Part shown: positions 43,825 to 53,835 of the stretch, piece by piece
How positions within the stretch are numbered: the stretch's first letter is position 1
Layout: each line of letters begins with the position of its first letter
NCBI GenBank assembly: GCA_963663805.2
Contig: CAXXMR010000015.1
Span: 64,001 to 128,000 of the forward strand
Source: Sedimentisphaerales bacterium
Lineage (GTDB): Bacteria > Planctomycetota > Phycisphaerae > Sedimentisphaerales > SM23-30
Reading direction: 5' to 3'
DNA length: 64,000 bases
Made by a program: the position numbers and the translations under genes
Notes under the pieces: model-generated
What the model saw: only the letters and a program-made list of their open reading frames with translations
Told to the model about the DNA's origin: nothing
The model's database searches: none

Positions 43825-44131
43825 TGCCAATCACCAACCCGCTCGTTAACACGGTTAGCAAATTTTGAGTTATATTTTGGCTGGAAGCTCCGCTTGAGGC
43901 GAGTAATCTCCAGAAAACCAAGGTAAAGGGTTTAATTTTTGATATGCCCAAACGGTTGCTTGAAAAACGAGAGAAAACAACGCAAAAACGCGAGTATGGC
44001 ATAAGATATTTATTTATAAAGAGTTACAAAACATAGAGCGCAGGCTTTTTTCGTATCCTTTGGGGTCCCGACTTGGACACCAGAGCGTTAATCATTTTAG
44101 CAATTCCGAAATTCGTATGTTTCGGGGAGCT
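43825..44131. repeat. Second copy of the ~300-bp segment at 4921-5227
   Basis: Direct sequence match with scattered substitutions. Confidence 0.85.
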
Positions 44132-44707
44132 TAAAGAATTCTGGCGAACTTTGTCGCCAGTATGATTTAACGGAAACGCCCGGATATGAAAATAGCCGGG
44201 CGTTTTCATAACCTCTTGTTATCAAATAGTTACGGCGTTTTTTTGATTTTTCCCGCGCTCTCTGTTTCGAAGAGCACTTTCTAGGGTCCGAACAGAACCA
44301 TATACGTTATGTCTCGGAGCCCAGAAAATCTCTCCCAAACTCTCGAAAATTCTCTTTAACAGGCTCTCGGCGCTTAACAGGCCCGTATGCTTTGGGGCCA
44401 GGAGTGAAATCGAACTTTTGGGAGTTGAATCCATCGGGTTACAGAAAGCATTATACTAATAATCAACTTAAAACCGTTGATTTTGGCAATTACTGTTTTT
44501 CGTATTTTTACGAAAAAAAGATCCATCCCACTTTCAATATAATCCGTTACTACACAACCCGTTACCCCCCACCTCTTTATCATTCTCTTCTCCCCCAAAA
44601 TTTTCTCCCGCCATTTTTCATTTTCACCGGGTAATTGTCTAATAGACGGACTTATTTTTTAACCCGCCAGACAGCGTGCCGGTCGCTCCGCGAAAGTCGT
44701 TGTGGGC

Positions 44708-44916
44708 ATCTTCAAAAGGAGACTGCCATGCACGATATGCTGGACGACCCGGGGGAGATGACCCCATCCCAAAGAAGCCGTGAAATTGCCGTCATTCTGG
44801 CCCGTGGGGTGCTCAGATTGCGTCAATGCCGGGAAAGCTCTCCAAATTCTCAAGAATCGGGCCACAATTGCCTTGATGAGGTGGCCCAGAAAGGCCCTCA
44901 TGGGGTCGTTGGTTAA
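44708..44916 (+). CDS. Small hypothetical protein preceding DUF2924
   Basis: AGGAG RBS before the ATG; MHDMLDDPGEMTPSQRSREIAVILARGVLRL. Confidence 0.55.
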
Positions 44917-44940
44917 CAAACGCGAGAACAGGAGTACATC

Positions 44941-45432
44941 ATGAACATCGGTAAACAGATCGCTGCATTGCAGCGGATGACGGTCACGGAACTGCGGCAG
45001 AGGCACCTGGAGGCCTTCGGGGAGCCCAACCGCTCGGGGCACAAGGATTATCTGGTCAAGCGAATTGCCTGGCGGCTTCAGGCCCAGAATGAGGGTACGC
45101 TCTCGGAGCGAGCCCGCAGGCGGGCGGAGGAACTGGCCGACGACGCTGATCTGCGCAGTACCATGCCCAAGATGGCCCAGTGCCCTTCGGGCACTGTCGT
45201 CCCGGTGAAAATCGCACCCGATCATGACCCACGTCTGCCGCTGCCGGGTGCTGTGCTGACACGCAGGTATAAGGGCCGGACTATCAAGGTCTGGGTCAAA
45301 CCGCGGGGTTTTGAGTACGAGGGCAAGATTTACCGCAGTCTTTCCGCGGTAGCAAAGGCGGTCACGGGCACCCACTGGAATGGTTTTCATTTTTTCAACA
45401 TCCATAAAAAGAACGGAGTCGCTGATGAGTAA
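44941..45432 (+). CDS. DUF2924 domain protein
   Basis: KRIAWRLQ and GFEYEGKIYRSLSAVAKAVTGTHWNG; paralog of 5854-6360. Confidence 0.85.
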   Translation: MNIGKQIAALQRMTVTELRQRHLEAFGEPNRSGHKDYLVKRIAWRLQAQNEGTLSERARRRAEELADDADLRSTMPKMAQCPSGTVVPVKIAPDHDPRLPLPGAVLTRRYKGRTIKVWVKPRGFEYEGKIYRSLSAVAKAVTGTHWNGFHFFNIHKKNGVADE

Positions 45433-46963
45433 TACTTTACGCTGTGCCATTTATACCCGCAAGAGTACTGAGGATGGGCTGGAGCAGGAGTACAATAGTC
45501 TGGATGCCCAGCGGGACGCGGGCGAGGCCTTCATCGCCAGCCAGAAATCAGAAGGCTGGATCTGTCTGCCTGACCGCTATGACGACGGCGGGTTCACGGG
45601 CGGGAATATGGAACGGCCTGCTCTCAAACGCCTGCTGGATGCCATTGAGGAGGGCAAGGTTGACTGTATCGTGGTTTATAAGGTAGACCGGCTCAGCCGC
45701 TCGTTGATTGATTTCTCGAAGATTATGGAGGTGCTGGAGCGTCGTTGCGTTTCGTTCGTCTCGGTTACCCAGCAGTTCAATACCAGCACCTCGATGGGCC
45801 GGTTGATGCTCAATGTACTGCTGTCTTTCGCCCAGTTTGAGCGGGAGATGATCTCGGAGCGGACCCGGGATAAGATTGCCGCCACACGGCGTAAGGGCAA
45901 ATGGTCTGGCGGCATGCCGCTGCTGGGCTATGATGTAAGGGACAGCAAACTACATGTCAATGAAGATGAGGCAGCTCGGGTACGGGGTATATTCGAGCTG
46001 TATCTGGAACATCAGTCGTTGCTGGCAACGGTGGCGGAACTGGACCGGCGAGGCTGGACTACCAAACGCTGGACCACACGCAAAGGAAATAAACGAGGCG
46101 GCAAGCCGTTCAATAAGAACAGTTTATTCAAACTGCTGACCAACCGGCTCTATCTTGGTAAAATAACCTATAAGGATGAAGTGCACGAAGGCGAACATGC
46201 CGCCATTGTGGATACGGAGATTTTTGAACGGGTCCAGCGTCTGCTCAAGCGTAACGGGCGCAGCGGCGGCAAACACGTGCGGAACCGGTTCGGGGCGTTA
46301 TTGAAGGGGCTGATACGCTGTGTGCCCTGCGACTGCGGCATGGTACATACCCACGCCACCAAGAACAGTAATAAGAGGTATCGCTACTATGTCTGTGCCC
46401 AGGCCCAGAGCCGAGGCTGGCATAACTGCCCGTCACCTTCCGTACCGGCAGGTGAACTGGAGCGTTTTGTCGTGGAGCAGGTCAAGGGTCTGGGCCGGGA
46501 CAGCAACCTCTTAAATGAGACGCTTGCAGAATGTCGGCGTCAGCGGGAAGAGGTGATCGGCAAGCTGGAAGTGGAGAAACATACCCTGGAGCGCGAACTG
46601 CGTCGCCACAATGCCGAACTGCGGGAGATGGCGGGCTGTGGCGAGCGGGACGGCGTGACGCTGGCCCGTATGGCCGATGTTCAGGACCGTATCCGCACTG
46701 CCCGGCAGCGGGCCACGGAAGTGTCTGACCAGATTGCGGCCCTGTCACGCGAGCTGGTAGATGCCCGGGAAGTGGGCGAAGCCTGTGCCCTGTTCGACCC
46801 ACTCTGGGAGACGCTCACCGCCCGGGAACAGGCCCGCATTCTGCATTTACTCATCGAGCGGGTGGATTATGACGGGGAAAATGGTACTGTGGCCATCACC
46901 TTCCACCCCACAGGAATCAGGACACTGAGCGATGAACTTAATCACGAGGAGGTTGCAGTATGA
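45425..46963 (+). CDS. Large serine recombinase
   Basis: AIYTRKS, YKVDRLSRS, FAQFERE, CVPC...YYVC...C; likely start MSNTLRC. Confidence 0.95.
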   Translation: MSNTLRCAIYTRKSTEDGLEQEYNSLDAQRDAGEAFIASQKSEGWICLPDRYDDGGFTGGNMERPALKRLLDAIEEGKVDCIVVYKVDRLSRSLIDFSKIMEVLERRCVSFVSVTQQFNTSTSMGRLMLNVLLSFAQFEREMISERTRDKIAATRRKGKWSGGMPLLGYDVRDSKLHVNEDEAARVRGIFELYLEHQSLLATVAELDRRGWTTKRWTTRKGNKRGGKPFNKNSLFKLLTNRLYLGKITYKDEVHEGEHAAIVDTEIFERVQRLLKRNGRSGGKHVRNRFGALLKGLIRCVPCDCGMVHTHATKNSNKRYRYYVCAQAQSRGWHNCPSPSVPAGELERFVVEQVKGLGRDSNLLNETLAECRRQREEVIGKLEVEKHTLERELRRHNAELREMAGCGERDGVTLARMADVQDRIRTARQRATEVSDQIAALSRELVDAREVGEACALFDPLWETLTAREQARILHLLIERVDYDGENGTVAITFHPTGIRTLSDELNHEEVAV

Positions 46964-47382
46964 AAAAACTAACCATCGAACGCCAGGTGCATTTTGGCCG
47001 GGGGCGCAACAGCCGCAAGGTAATTCAGGAAGGGCCACGTCCGGAACCGCGTGGGGAGGGTCGAATACCACGTATCGCGAAAATAATGGCCCTGGCGTTG
47101 CGTTTTGAGCGGTTAATTCGGGATGGCGAGATCACCGATCAGGCTGAGCTCGCCCGGCTCGGGCACGTCAGCCGGGCCCGAGTGACACAAATCATGAATC
47201 TGCTTATGCTGGCCCCGGATATTCAGGAAGAGATACTCTTTCTGCCGCTCACTTACTCGGGACGCGACCCCATCCGAGAGATTATGGTCCGGCCGCTTAC
47301 CGCCGTGCTTGACTGGCGCAAACAGCGGCGATTGTGGCGGGAGGTGAATGAGTTAGGCGAAGTGGATGGAAATGTGGCGTGA
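46960..47382 (+). CDS. Small HTH protein coupled to the serine recombinase
   Basis: ELARLGHVSRARVTQIMNLLMLAPDIQ; ATGA overlap with the recombinase. Confidence 0.8.
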   Translation: MKKLTIERQVHFGRGRNSRKVIQEGPRPEPRGEGRIPRIAKIMALALRFERLIRDGEITDQAELARLGHVSRARVTQIMNLLMLAPDIQEEILFLPLTYSGRDPIREIMVRPLTAVLDWRKQRRLWREVNELGEVDGNVA

Positions 47383-47739
47383 GTTCGTGGGTGGGGTCAG
47401 TTTCGCTACAGGCTCAAAGAATTCATGGTCTGTTACCACGTCGGTCGTGTTCATCAAGGACGGTAGTATCATCAATCCAAAGCACGAATCTTCTGTATTG
47501 AACGACTCCCTCTGCGAATTACTTAAATCCTACCATCGCAAAGCTGCGTAACCATTTGCCAAAGCATAAAACTTTGCCGCTACCGGTATGCGCCGAAATC
47601 GATATTATGTTGCCAAAGAGCAATGTCAGCACTAGAAGTGCTGAAAAATCCGATCCAATTTCACTATATTTCTGCTGGCAACTTTCTGAAATTACCGTAT
47701 TTTAGCTTCGGATTACTTTTTGCCTATTACGAATACAAA

Positions 47740-48765
47740 TTAGTCTTCGAACGTTTTTGCATAATCATTATGTGCAAGATGTACCCAACTTAAATAAGGC
47801 CCATAATAACCACTAGGACGCGAATAGTATGTAAACTCCATGGTTTCTAAATTTACGATACAAACTGAGGCCCCAGGGGTTGGGGCTCTGTCAACTCTGC
47901 TAAAATCATTTACCCGGCCAACATCTTCAGTAAATTCATGTGTGAAGGCTAGGTATTTACTGCAAGGTGATAAAGTTGGAGGTCCACAAGCAAATCGATT
48001 TTTAAACAAAAACTCCTTTTTTCTTGTTTGCAGATCAAAAACAAATACGCGTTTTTCGTCTTCAGTAACTACAAGCTTATCCTCTCTCCAAAACACCACG
48101 GATGAATAATTGCCTGTTACTATTAAGTCTGTAGCTTCTGTTTCAAAGCTATACGTCATTATACCTTTTGTGCAAACAAAAGCGATTTCCGAATTTGACA
48201 ACCATGCAGGCGTAGCGCGAACTTTAGGCGAATATCCTGAAACAGAAAGTTTGTCGCTATCACTTAAGTCAACAACCTCAATTGTCGCTGAAATGTCATC
48301 TGCTCCTTGAGTATAAATTAAATAATCTTGATTCGGAGAAAGAGAAAAATCCCAAATGGACACATCTCGAGCTAACACAGACTCTACTTCCAAACCAGAC
48401 TTCCTGACTATTAAGTCAGATGAATAATGTTCCCTTGAGCAGTAATATAAATCCCCACAACTACTCAAAAATGCCGACCAGCACTCATTACCGCAGTCTT
48501 CGCATATAGTTTCTTCCTTATGCAAATTTGGCCAACTTAGAACTATCTGGCCAGATTTCTGATTATAAACATTTCCAAATAACATCGCCGAATCTTCTGG
48601 TAACTTGAAATTATCCGGCTGAACATAATTAATTTTCGATTTTACGCCCCATTTTAACCCTAAAAACATGATCGCATAAGGGCAGAAAATAATTAGACAT
48701 AGCGAGCCAAAACATATCGAAATCCAAAAAAAATATTTTATGGGATATCGTAACAATAATTTCAC
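47740..48765 (-). CDS. Membrane-anchored TolB-like beta-propeller, putative immunity paralog C (orphan)
   Basis: N-terminal TM; FSLSPNQ, PAWLS, CGPPTLSPCSKYLAF and VNLETMEFTYYSRP shared with two paralogs. Confidence 0.75.
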   Translation of the reverse strand: MKLLLRYPIKYFFWISICFGSLCLIIFCPYAIMFLGLKWGVKSKINYVQPDNFKLPEDSAMLFGNVYNQKSGQIVLSWPNLHKEETICEDCGNECWSAFLSSCGDLYYCSREHYSSDLIVRKSGLEVESVLARDVSIWDFSLSPNQDYLIYTQGADDISATIEVVDLSDSDKLSVSGYSPKVRATPAWLSNSEIAFVCTKGIMTYSFETEATDLIVTGNYSSVVFWREDKLVVTEDEKRVFVFDLQTRKKEFLFKNRFACGPPTLSPCSKYLAFTHEFTEDVGRVNDFSRVDRAPTPGASVCIVNLETMEFTYYSRPSGYYGPYLSWVHLAHNDYAKTFED

Positions 48766-48831
48766 AACTGGTAGATCCTAATACATATTAAACGCATCGT
48801 AAAAATTATTACTTTTTCTTAATACAACAAC

Positions 48832-49235
48832 TGGTTTTCCCAAATATATTCGCAGTGATAACGGGCCGGAATTTGTCAGCCGGTCCTTCAGAAAGTTTTG
48901 CTGCACAAATCGGATTCGCCATCGGCGTATCGAACCGGGCAAACCCAAGCAGAACAGTTTTATAGAACGGTTTAACCGCAGCTATCGTGAGGACATTTTA
49001 GATATGTATGCATTTAAGAACCTGCGTCAGGTAAGAGATTTAACCATCGATTGGCTAATCGAATACAATTATGATCGCGGCCACAGCTCATTGGAAGGCC
49101 AAAGTCCCGTCGAGTACAGCCGCAGTTTTCCCCCTTTCACCCCTCAGCGTTCGGGTGAAGGGCCAAAAGGGAAAAAACTGCTCTGTGTAACGTGAATTCT
49201 CCAGTTTTAACTGTTCAAAGAATGGGGTATTGACA
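48832..49235 (+). pseudogene. IS3-family transposase C-terminal remnant with right IR
   Basis: PKYIRSDNGPEF...PGKPKQNSFIERFN...YNYDRGHSSL; ends GGGGTATTGACA. Confidence 0.85.
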
Positions 49236-49481
49236 CGGTGAATTAGGAGCTTATGTTCAGATTTATTTCTCATAGCTTAGTAATTCCCAGATATAACCGG
49301 CCTGAACCTTGATTTTGGCAGCCAATAGCTGATTTGGGCGAGGCTCCACGTGTTTGCCCCTAACAGTTTCCCGGTATCTTTAATACAGTCTCAATATAAT
49401 AAACATTATAACACAAACAATTCCTTTTAGCTTGTACATATTATCACCTATTATCAACATTTCTTTTTTGCTTTTACGACT

Positions 49482-50483
49482 TCAGTCTTCGAATGGTTTG
49501 TTTACATAATCTTCATACGAAATATGCGTCCAACTCACAAATAAACTATAAAAATAATAATTATTAATGTTTGGCCGGGAATAAAAAGTATATTCCATTG
49601 TCTCTAGGTTGACAATACACACGGTAGCGCCATTATGGGGTTTGTAATTATGTTTTGACCTCTGAAAAAAATCTTCAGGAAGTTTATACGAAAATGCAGC
49701 ATATTTTCTGCAGGGAGAAATTGCCGCCGGACCGCATATGGAACCATCATGAAAAAAATATTCCTTATTTTTTGACTGCAGATCAAGTGTGAATATCACG
49801 TCATCATCTTCAGCGACCAGAAGTACATTATCCCGCCAATAGACTACTGAAGAATATTCTCCTTTAGCAATTAGTTCCGAAGATTTATTCTGCAAATCAT
49901 ATAAAACTATACCCCTTAGTTCAACATAAGCAATTATCTCATTTGAGATCCATGTCGGTACACTATAAAACAAGACGCCCGGTATTGTATGTTTGCTCCC
50001 ATTTCCCAAGTTATATATTTGGATAACATTTTGATCATCTTGAATTTTTTCGACGTATCCCAGATACTTCTGATTGGGAGATATAGAGAAATCAGGCCAA
50101 AAATCTCCTCGCACAATTTCAACTTTATTTCCTTTGTGCATCTTCCTTATACTGTCATAACCATATTCTGTTCTGCCTTTATAATAATATTCTCCGCTAT
50201 TTCCACACCTTCCTGACCAGCAGGACACCTCAAAATCTTCCACAGGAAATTCTTCCACATGCTGTTTGGGCCAGTTCAAAATCAGTTTATGACGATTATC
50301 ATTATTATAAATGCCCCCTGTTAATATTGCATAATCCTCGGGGAATTCAAACTGCTCGGGCAAAGTGTATTCACCCCTCCCATTTAAGTCTCTTTTTAGT
50401 GGCAATACCACCTGAATAACTAGAATTGATATTACCAGTAAACCCAAGAAAAGAAAATTTTGTTTTTTCCCTTTCATCCACAT
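49482..50483 (-). CDS. Membrane-anchored TolB-like beta-propeller, putative immunity paralog B
   Basis: Directly downstream of an Rhs tip; paralog of 47740 and 52794. Confidence 0.75.
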   Translation of the reverse strand: MWMKGKKQNFLFLGLLVISILVIQVVLPLKRDLNGRGEYTLPEQFEFPEDYAILTGGIYNNDNRHKLILNWPKQHVEEFPVEDFEVSCWSGRCGNSGEYYYKGRTEYGYDSIRKMHKGNKVEIVRGDFWPDFSISPNQKYLGYVEKIQDDQNVIQIYNLGNGSKHTIPGVLFYSVPTWISNEIIAYVELRGIVLYDLQNKSSELIAKGEYSSVVYWRDNVLLVAEDDDVIFTLDLQSKNKEYFFHDGSICGPAAISPCRKYAAFSYKLPEDFFQRSKHNYKPHNGATVCIVNLETMEYTFYSRPNINNYYFYSLFVSWTHISYEDYVNKPFED

Positions 50484-50548
50484 TCGTATTTACTCAATAA
50501 AAGTTTTGTAATAATCTTCTATTCACCAAACATCATAGGAATCAGTCA

Positions 50549-51396
50549 TTACCAAAGTGGATACTCTTCAGCTACCCAGTAATCATAAATTGGATTTACA
50601 TCCCAAAAACTTTTTCTCAAACAACAACTTTTCATTGCCTCTGCGGTCCAATCCCAGCAAACATAGAATTGTGCTGTACCATCTAAAAAACCCTGTTGAT
50701 ATGGTCGGTTATCCGCAGAAAAGCTAGCAAAACTATTTATACAACTAATTATATCATCGCAAGTTGCACACCTACAAGCCTTTCCTGGATTAACACCATA
50801 TCTTAGAAAACCACTATTTTTTTTAATGAGTGGATAAACATCAACTTTATTTGCAGGAAGAGAACCTTCTATCCTATCCTCAGCATGACCGTCAGGACTT
50901 TCAATATCTCCTCCTTGACGTAGTTCTCTTTCGTCATTAAGTCCTGCTAAACCCGTAAGCCCCCATGAACTCCCCCCACACTCGATCCATGAATGAGGAT
51001 TATCTGTGTCCGTATTGCTAGTTATCCCTCCCCATGCAGACTTTAATGCACTTTGTTTTTCTATCATTAAATAGCAACCGCATGAACCATTTTGTCAATC
51101 CCCGGCGGATTAGGATATCTATCATAGAATTCCAATCCCCATGGGTCAGTCAGCATTGTCGGTCTGGACAAGACATATGCGTACAAGGATATATCGGCAG
51201 CATACTGAATTTTAGGCATAAAAGACCGCACATTCGGGGCCCCATTTTTGTCATAAGCTGCTAAAGCCAATCCATCCTGCACTCCCTGTGGCTCGCGAGT
51301 CAAAAACCTACCAGTTTCGGGATCATACATCGCATTGGCAAAAGGTACGGCCACAAACAAACATAACAGAATTAACGTCATACATTTCTTAATCAT
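50549..51396 (-). pseudogene. Signal peptide + Rhs core end + Cys-rich tip, split by one frameshift
   Basis: MIKKCMTLILLCLFVAVPFANA-MYDPETGRFLTR...DPWGL. One extra A in the A4 run (51090-51093) joins the two ORFs as DKNGSCGCYLMIE, matching GACGCYLFIE in the 53836 tip. Confidence 0.8.
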
Positions 51397-52335
51397 CAGA
51401 TTGCTCCTCTACCACGAGTTTGGCTGCAAGTTCCTGATATTTCCGTTGAAATTCTTTCAGCTTATAATCCATGGCCTTGTGGACATTGGCTATGCGGCTG
51501 AATGTGTCCGGCATAAGTTCATAGGCCCGGGCATAACACACCAAAGCTTCATCTATCCTGCCGTTATCATACAAACAATGGCCCCGGGTTTCCAGGAAAA
51601 GCCCTAGCTCTTCCTCCGGCGTTAGAGAACGCAGATAGCCGTTCATCTTGACGTCTATATCAGTCAACTTATTCGGCCAATCTTTATAATGTTCATCCGG
51701 GTGAGTATCGCAACCGGGACAGCAGGCTTCCACATTGAATACTTCCGTACCATCATCCCAGCGAAAAAACACGTGCTCCCGTGTTAATACCAACTTGAGC
51801 GGATACCCCCAAACGTCGACCCACCGTTACGCATAGAGTGGGGATAGAGATACAGCCGCCTTTCATTTCGCCGTTAAGGCAGCCATGCAGGAAGAAGTCG
51901 CGTGAGTCATGAAAGTCGCTATTCTGCATAATATCCTGATCATAGTCAACACCGATAGCGTTTTTCAACGTAAGTATCATATTCACAATCTTGAACAGGT
52001 TAACGGAATTATCATATCGCTCAGGGGGCATCGTAATATGACTGAATGCGCGAAGCGGTATCCGCTTCAATCAGTTTGGTCCATTCATCCAGAGTTGTCA
52101 GGCAGGAATTAACATCAAGGTCTTCTGAGCCTTTAAGCCCTTGAGCACAGAGAAGGTTAACGCGGCCAATATCTAACCGAGATAATTCGGTGGAAGATGA
52201 GGTGAGCAGTTGATTGAAGCTGTCAATTGCTGCGAAAGCTTTTTGTGGGCCTGTTTCCTCAGCCTTAAGTGGTAGCCATATTGCTACGAGAATAATCAAT
52301 ACTACAAGAAAGTTTAATTTTGCTGGAATGGTCAT
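51389..52335 (-). pseudogene. Secreted transglutaminase-like (SirB1-type) + TPR protein, split by two frameshifts
   Basis: Signal peptide MTIPAKL...; GGCISIPTLCVTVGRRLG, YPLKLVLTREHVFFRWD and FNVE give a Cys-His-Glu candidate; TPR-like tail; frameshifts in homopolymers at 52024-52028 and 51806-51810. Confidence 0.7.
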
Positions 52336-52349
52336 TCTAATCTCTGGTA

Positions 52350-52578
52350 CAATAGGGTTGCCGCTACGATGATCTTCGGCCAAATTGCCAGCATCATTGT
52401 ACGAAACGGTTGTTCCGCCGACAGTATCGTATTCATTGGCAATATTAGGCGAATACACAATATCAGTCCCGTTATTATGAGTTAAGCGATTGCCTAAGGT
52501 GTCGTAAACAAAGGTTTCGTCCGAATTAATATGGCTGCTATGATAATCGCTGCCGGTGACGCGGTCAAGGGTGTCGTA
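52350..52578 (-). pseudogene. Short Rhs/YD-repeat fragment
   Basis: YDTLDRVTGSDY...FVYDTLGNRLTH...YNDAGNLAEDHRSGNP. Confidence 0.85.
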
Positions 52579-52617
52579 GGAATTATGAAAAATGTACCGG
52601 GGACATTAAATTCTCCC
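52579..52617. repeat. 39-bp Rhs junction palindrome, copy 1, followed by extra partial right arms to 52647
   Basis: GGAATTATGAAAAATGTAC-C-GGGGACATTAAATTCTCCC. Confidence 0.9.
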
Positions 52618-52793
52618 GAATTCTCCCGTACACCTTAAATTCTCCCCATGGTCAGATGCTACTTAATCCTTGTGAAGAATAAAGTTGTGGTGCCACAGCG
52701 GCAACCACGTCGGGACGATTATAACATAATTCGTCCCGGAGCATCTGGCTTTCATAGTTTCTTAAATTTTTCCGGGTGTAGTTGGCCGGAACC

Positions 52794-53813
52794 TCACTTT
52801 TTTACATAATCTTCATACGAAATATGTGCCCAATTTAAATATGGCCCATAACAACCACTGGGGCGAGAATAGTATGTATATTCCATTGTCTCCAAATTAA
52901 CAACAAATACTGAACTACCAAAACTAGGTTTTCTTCTAACTTTCATTACTTGTTCATAATTTTCTGGGAATTCATGTGGAAACGCTAAATACTTTTGATC
53001 GGATGAAATCGAGGGGGGGCCACAAATAAAATTATTTTTGAAAATAAATTTTTTCTTTTTCGTCTCGGTATCATAGACAAAGATATAACCCTCGTCTTTT
53101 AGAATAATAATTTTGCTTTTTTCCCAATATAAAACAGAGGAATACTGGCCAGAGACTAATAATTCCATAGCATTTTTGTCAATATTATATTTCATTATGC
53201 CTTCGGTGCAGACAAACACTATTTCCTGATCTGACAACCAAGTCGGTTTGGATCGTGAACTCAGCATATCTCCCAAAACACTCTTCTTGCTTCCATTTTT
53301 AAGATCAAGTACGTTGACAGCAATCTGATCTTCGGAAATATGTTCTGTATATGCGATAATATTTTCACTGGGTGACAATGAAAATGTATATATTTCATCC
53401 TCGGACACAAATATATTATCTTCACAATGATTATATTTTCCAATATAAGAAGCGAGGGCATTGAGGGTTACATTATCATATTTTATCGCACAGTAATAGA
53501 GTTTTTTGTCGCTTGAAAAAGCAGCTGACCAAAAAACTTTTTCCGCGCTTTCATATAGCACTTTTTCTTGGTGCAACTTTGGCCAATTTAAAATTAAACT
53601 GTTAGCCTTTTCATAAGCCGTCCCAAACAATAGGGCGTAACCTTCTGGAATATTAAATTTGTCAGGTTCAACGTATTGAATATTGGAGGTAGTTAAGTAT
53701 TTTACCCTTATAGGCATTGAAAACTCTGGAATCAGCCACAATACAAATAAGATTAAAAATAGAACCAATACCAACGAAGAATAGGATATAATTTTACCGT
53801 AACTCATAATCAA
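52794..53813 (-). CDS. Membrane-anchored TolB-like beta-propeller, putative immunity paralog A
   Basis: Downstream of the 53836 tip; N-terminal TM; shares motifs with the two paralogs. Confidence 0.75.
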   Translation of the reverse strand: MIMSYGKIISYSSLVLVLFLILFVLWLIPEFSMPIRVKYLTTSNIQYVEPDKFNIPEGYALLFGTAYEKANSLILNWPKLHQEKVLYESAEKVFWSAAFSSDKKLYYCAIKYDNVTLNALASYIGKYNHCEDNIFVSEDEIYTFSLSPSENIIAYTEHISEDQIAVNVLDLKNGSKKSVLGDMLSSRSKPTWLSDQEIVFVCTEGIMKYNIDKNAMELLVSGQYSSVLYWEKSKIIILKDEGYIFVYDTETKKKKFIFKNNFICGPPSISSDQKYLAFPHEFPENYEQVMKVRRKPSFGSSVFVVNLETMEYTYYSRPSGCYGPYLNWAHISYEDYVKK

Positions 53814-53835
53814 ATCTTAAACATTAAAAACAATA

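Noticed and set aside
52021..52458. 145-aa ORF as one real protein
   Set aside because: It is an in-frame chimera of an Rhs remnant and the start of the transglutaminase-like gene (ATG at 52335).
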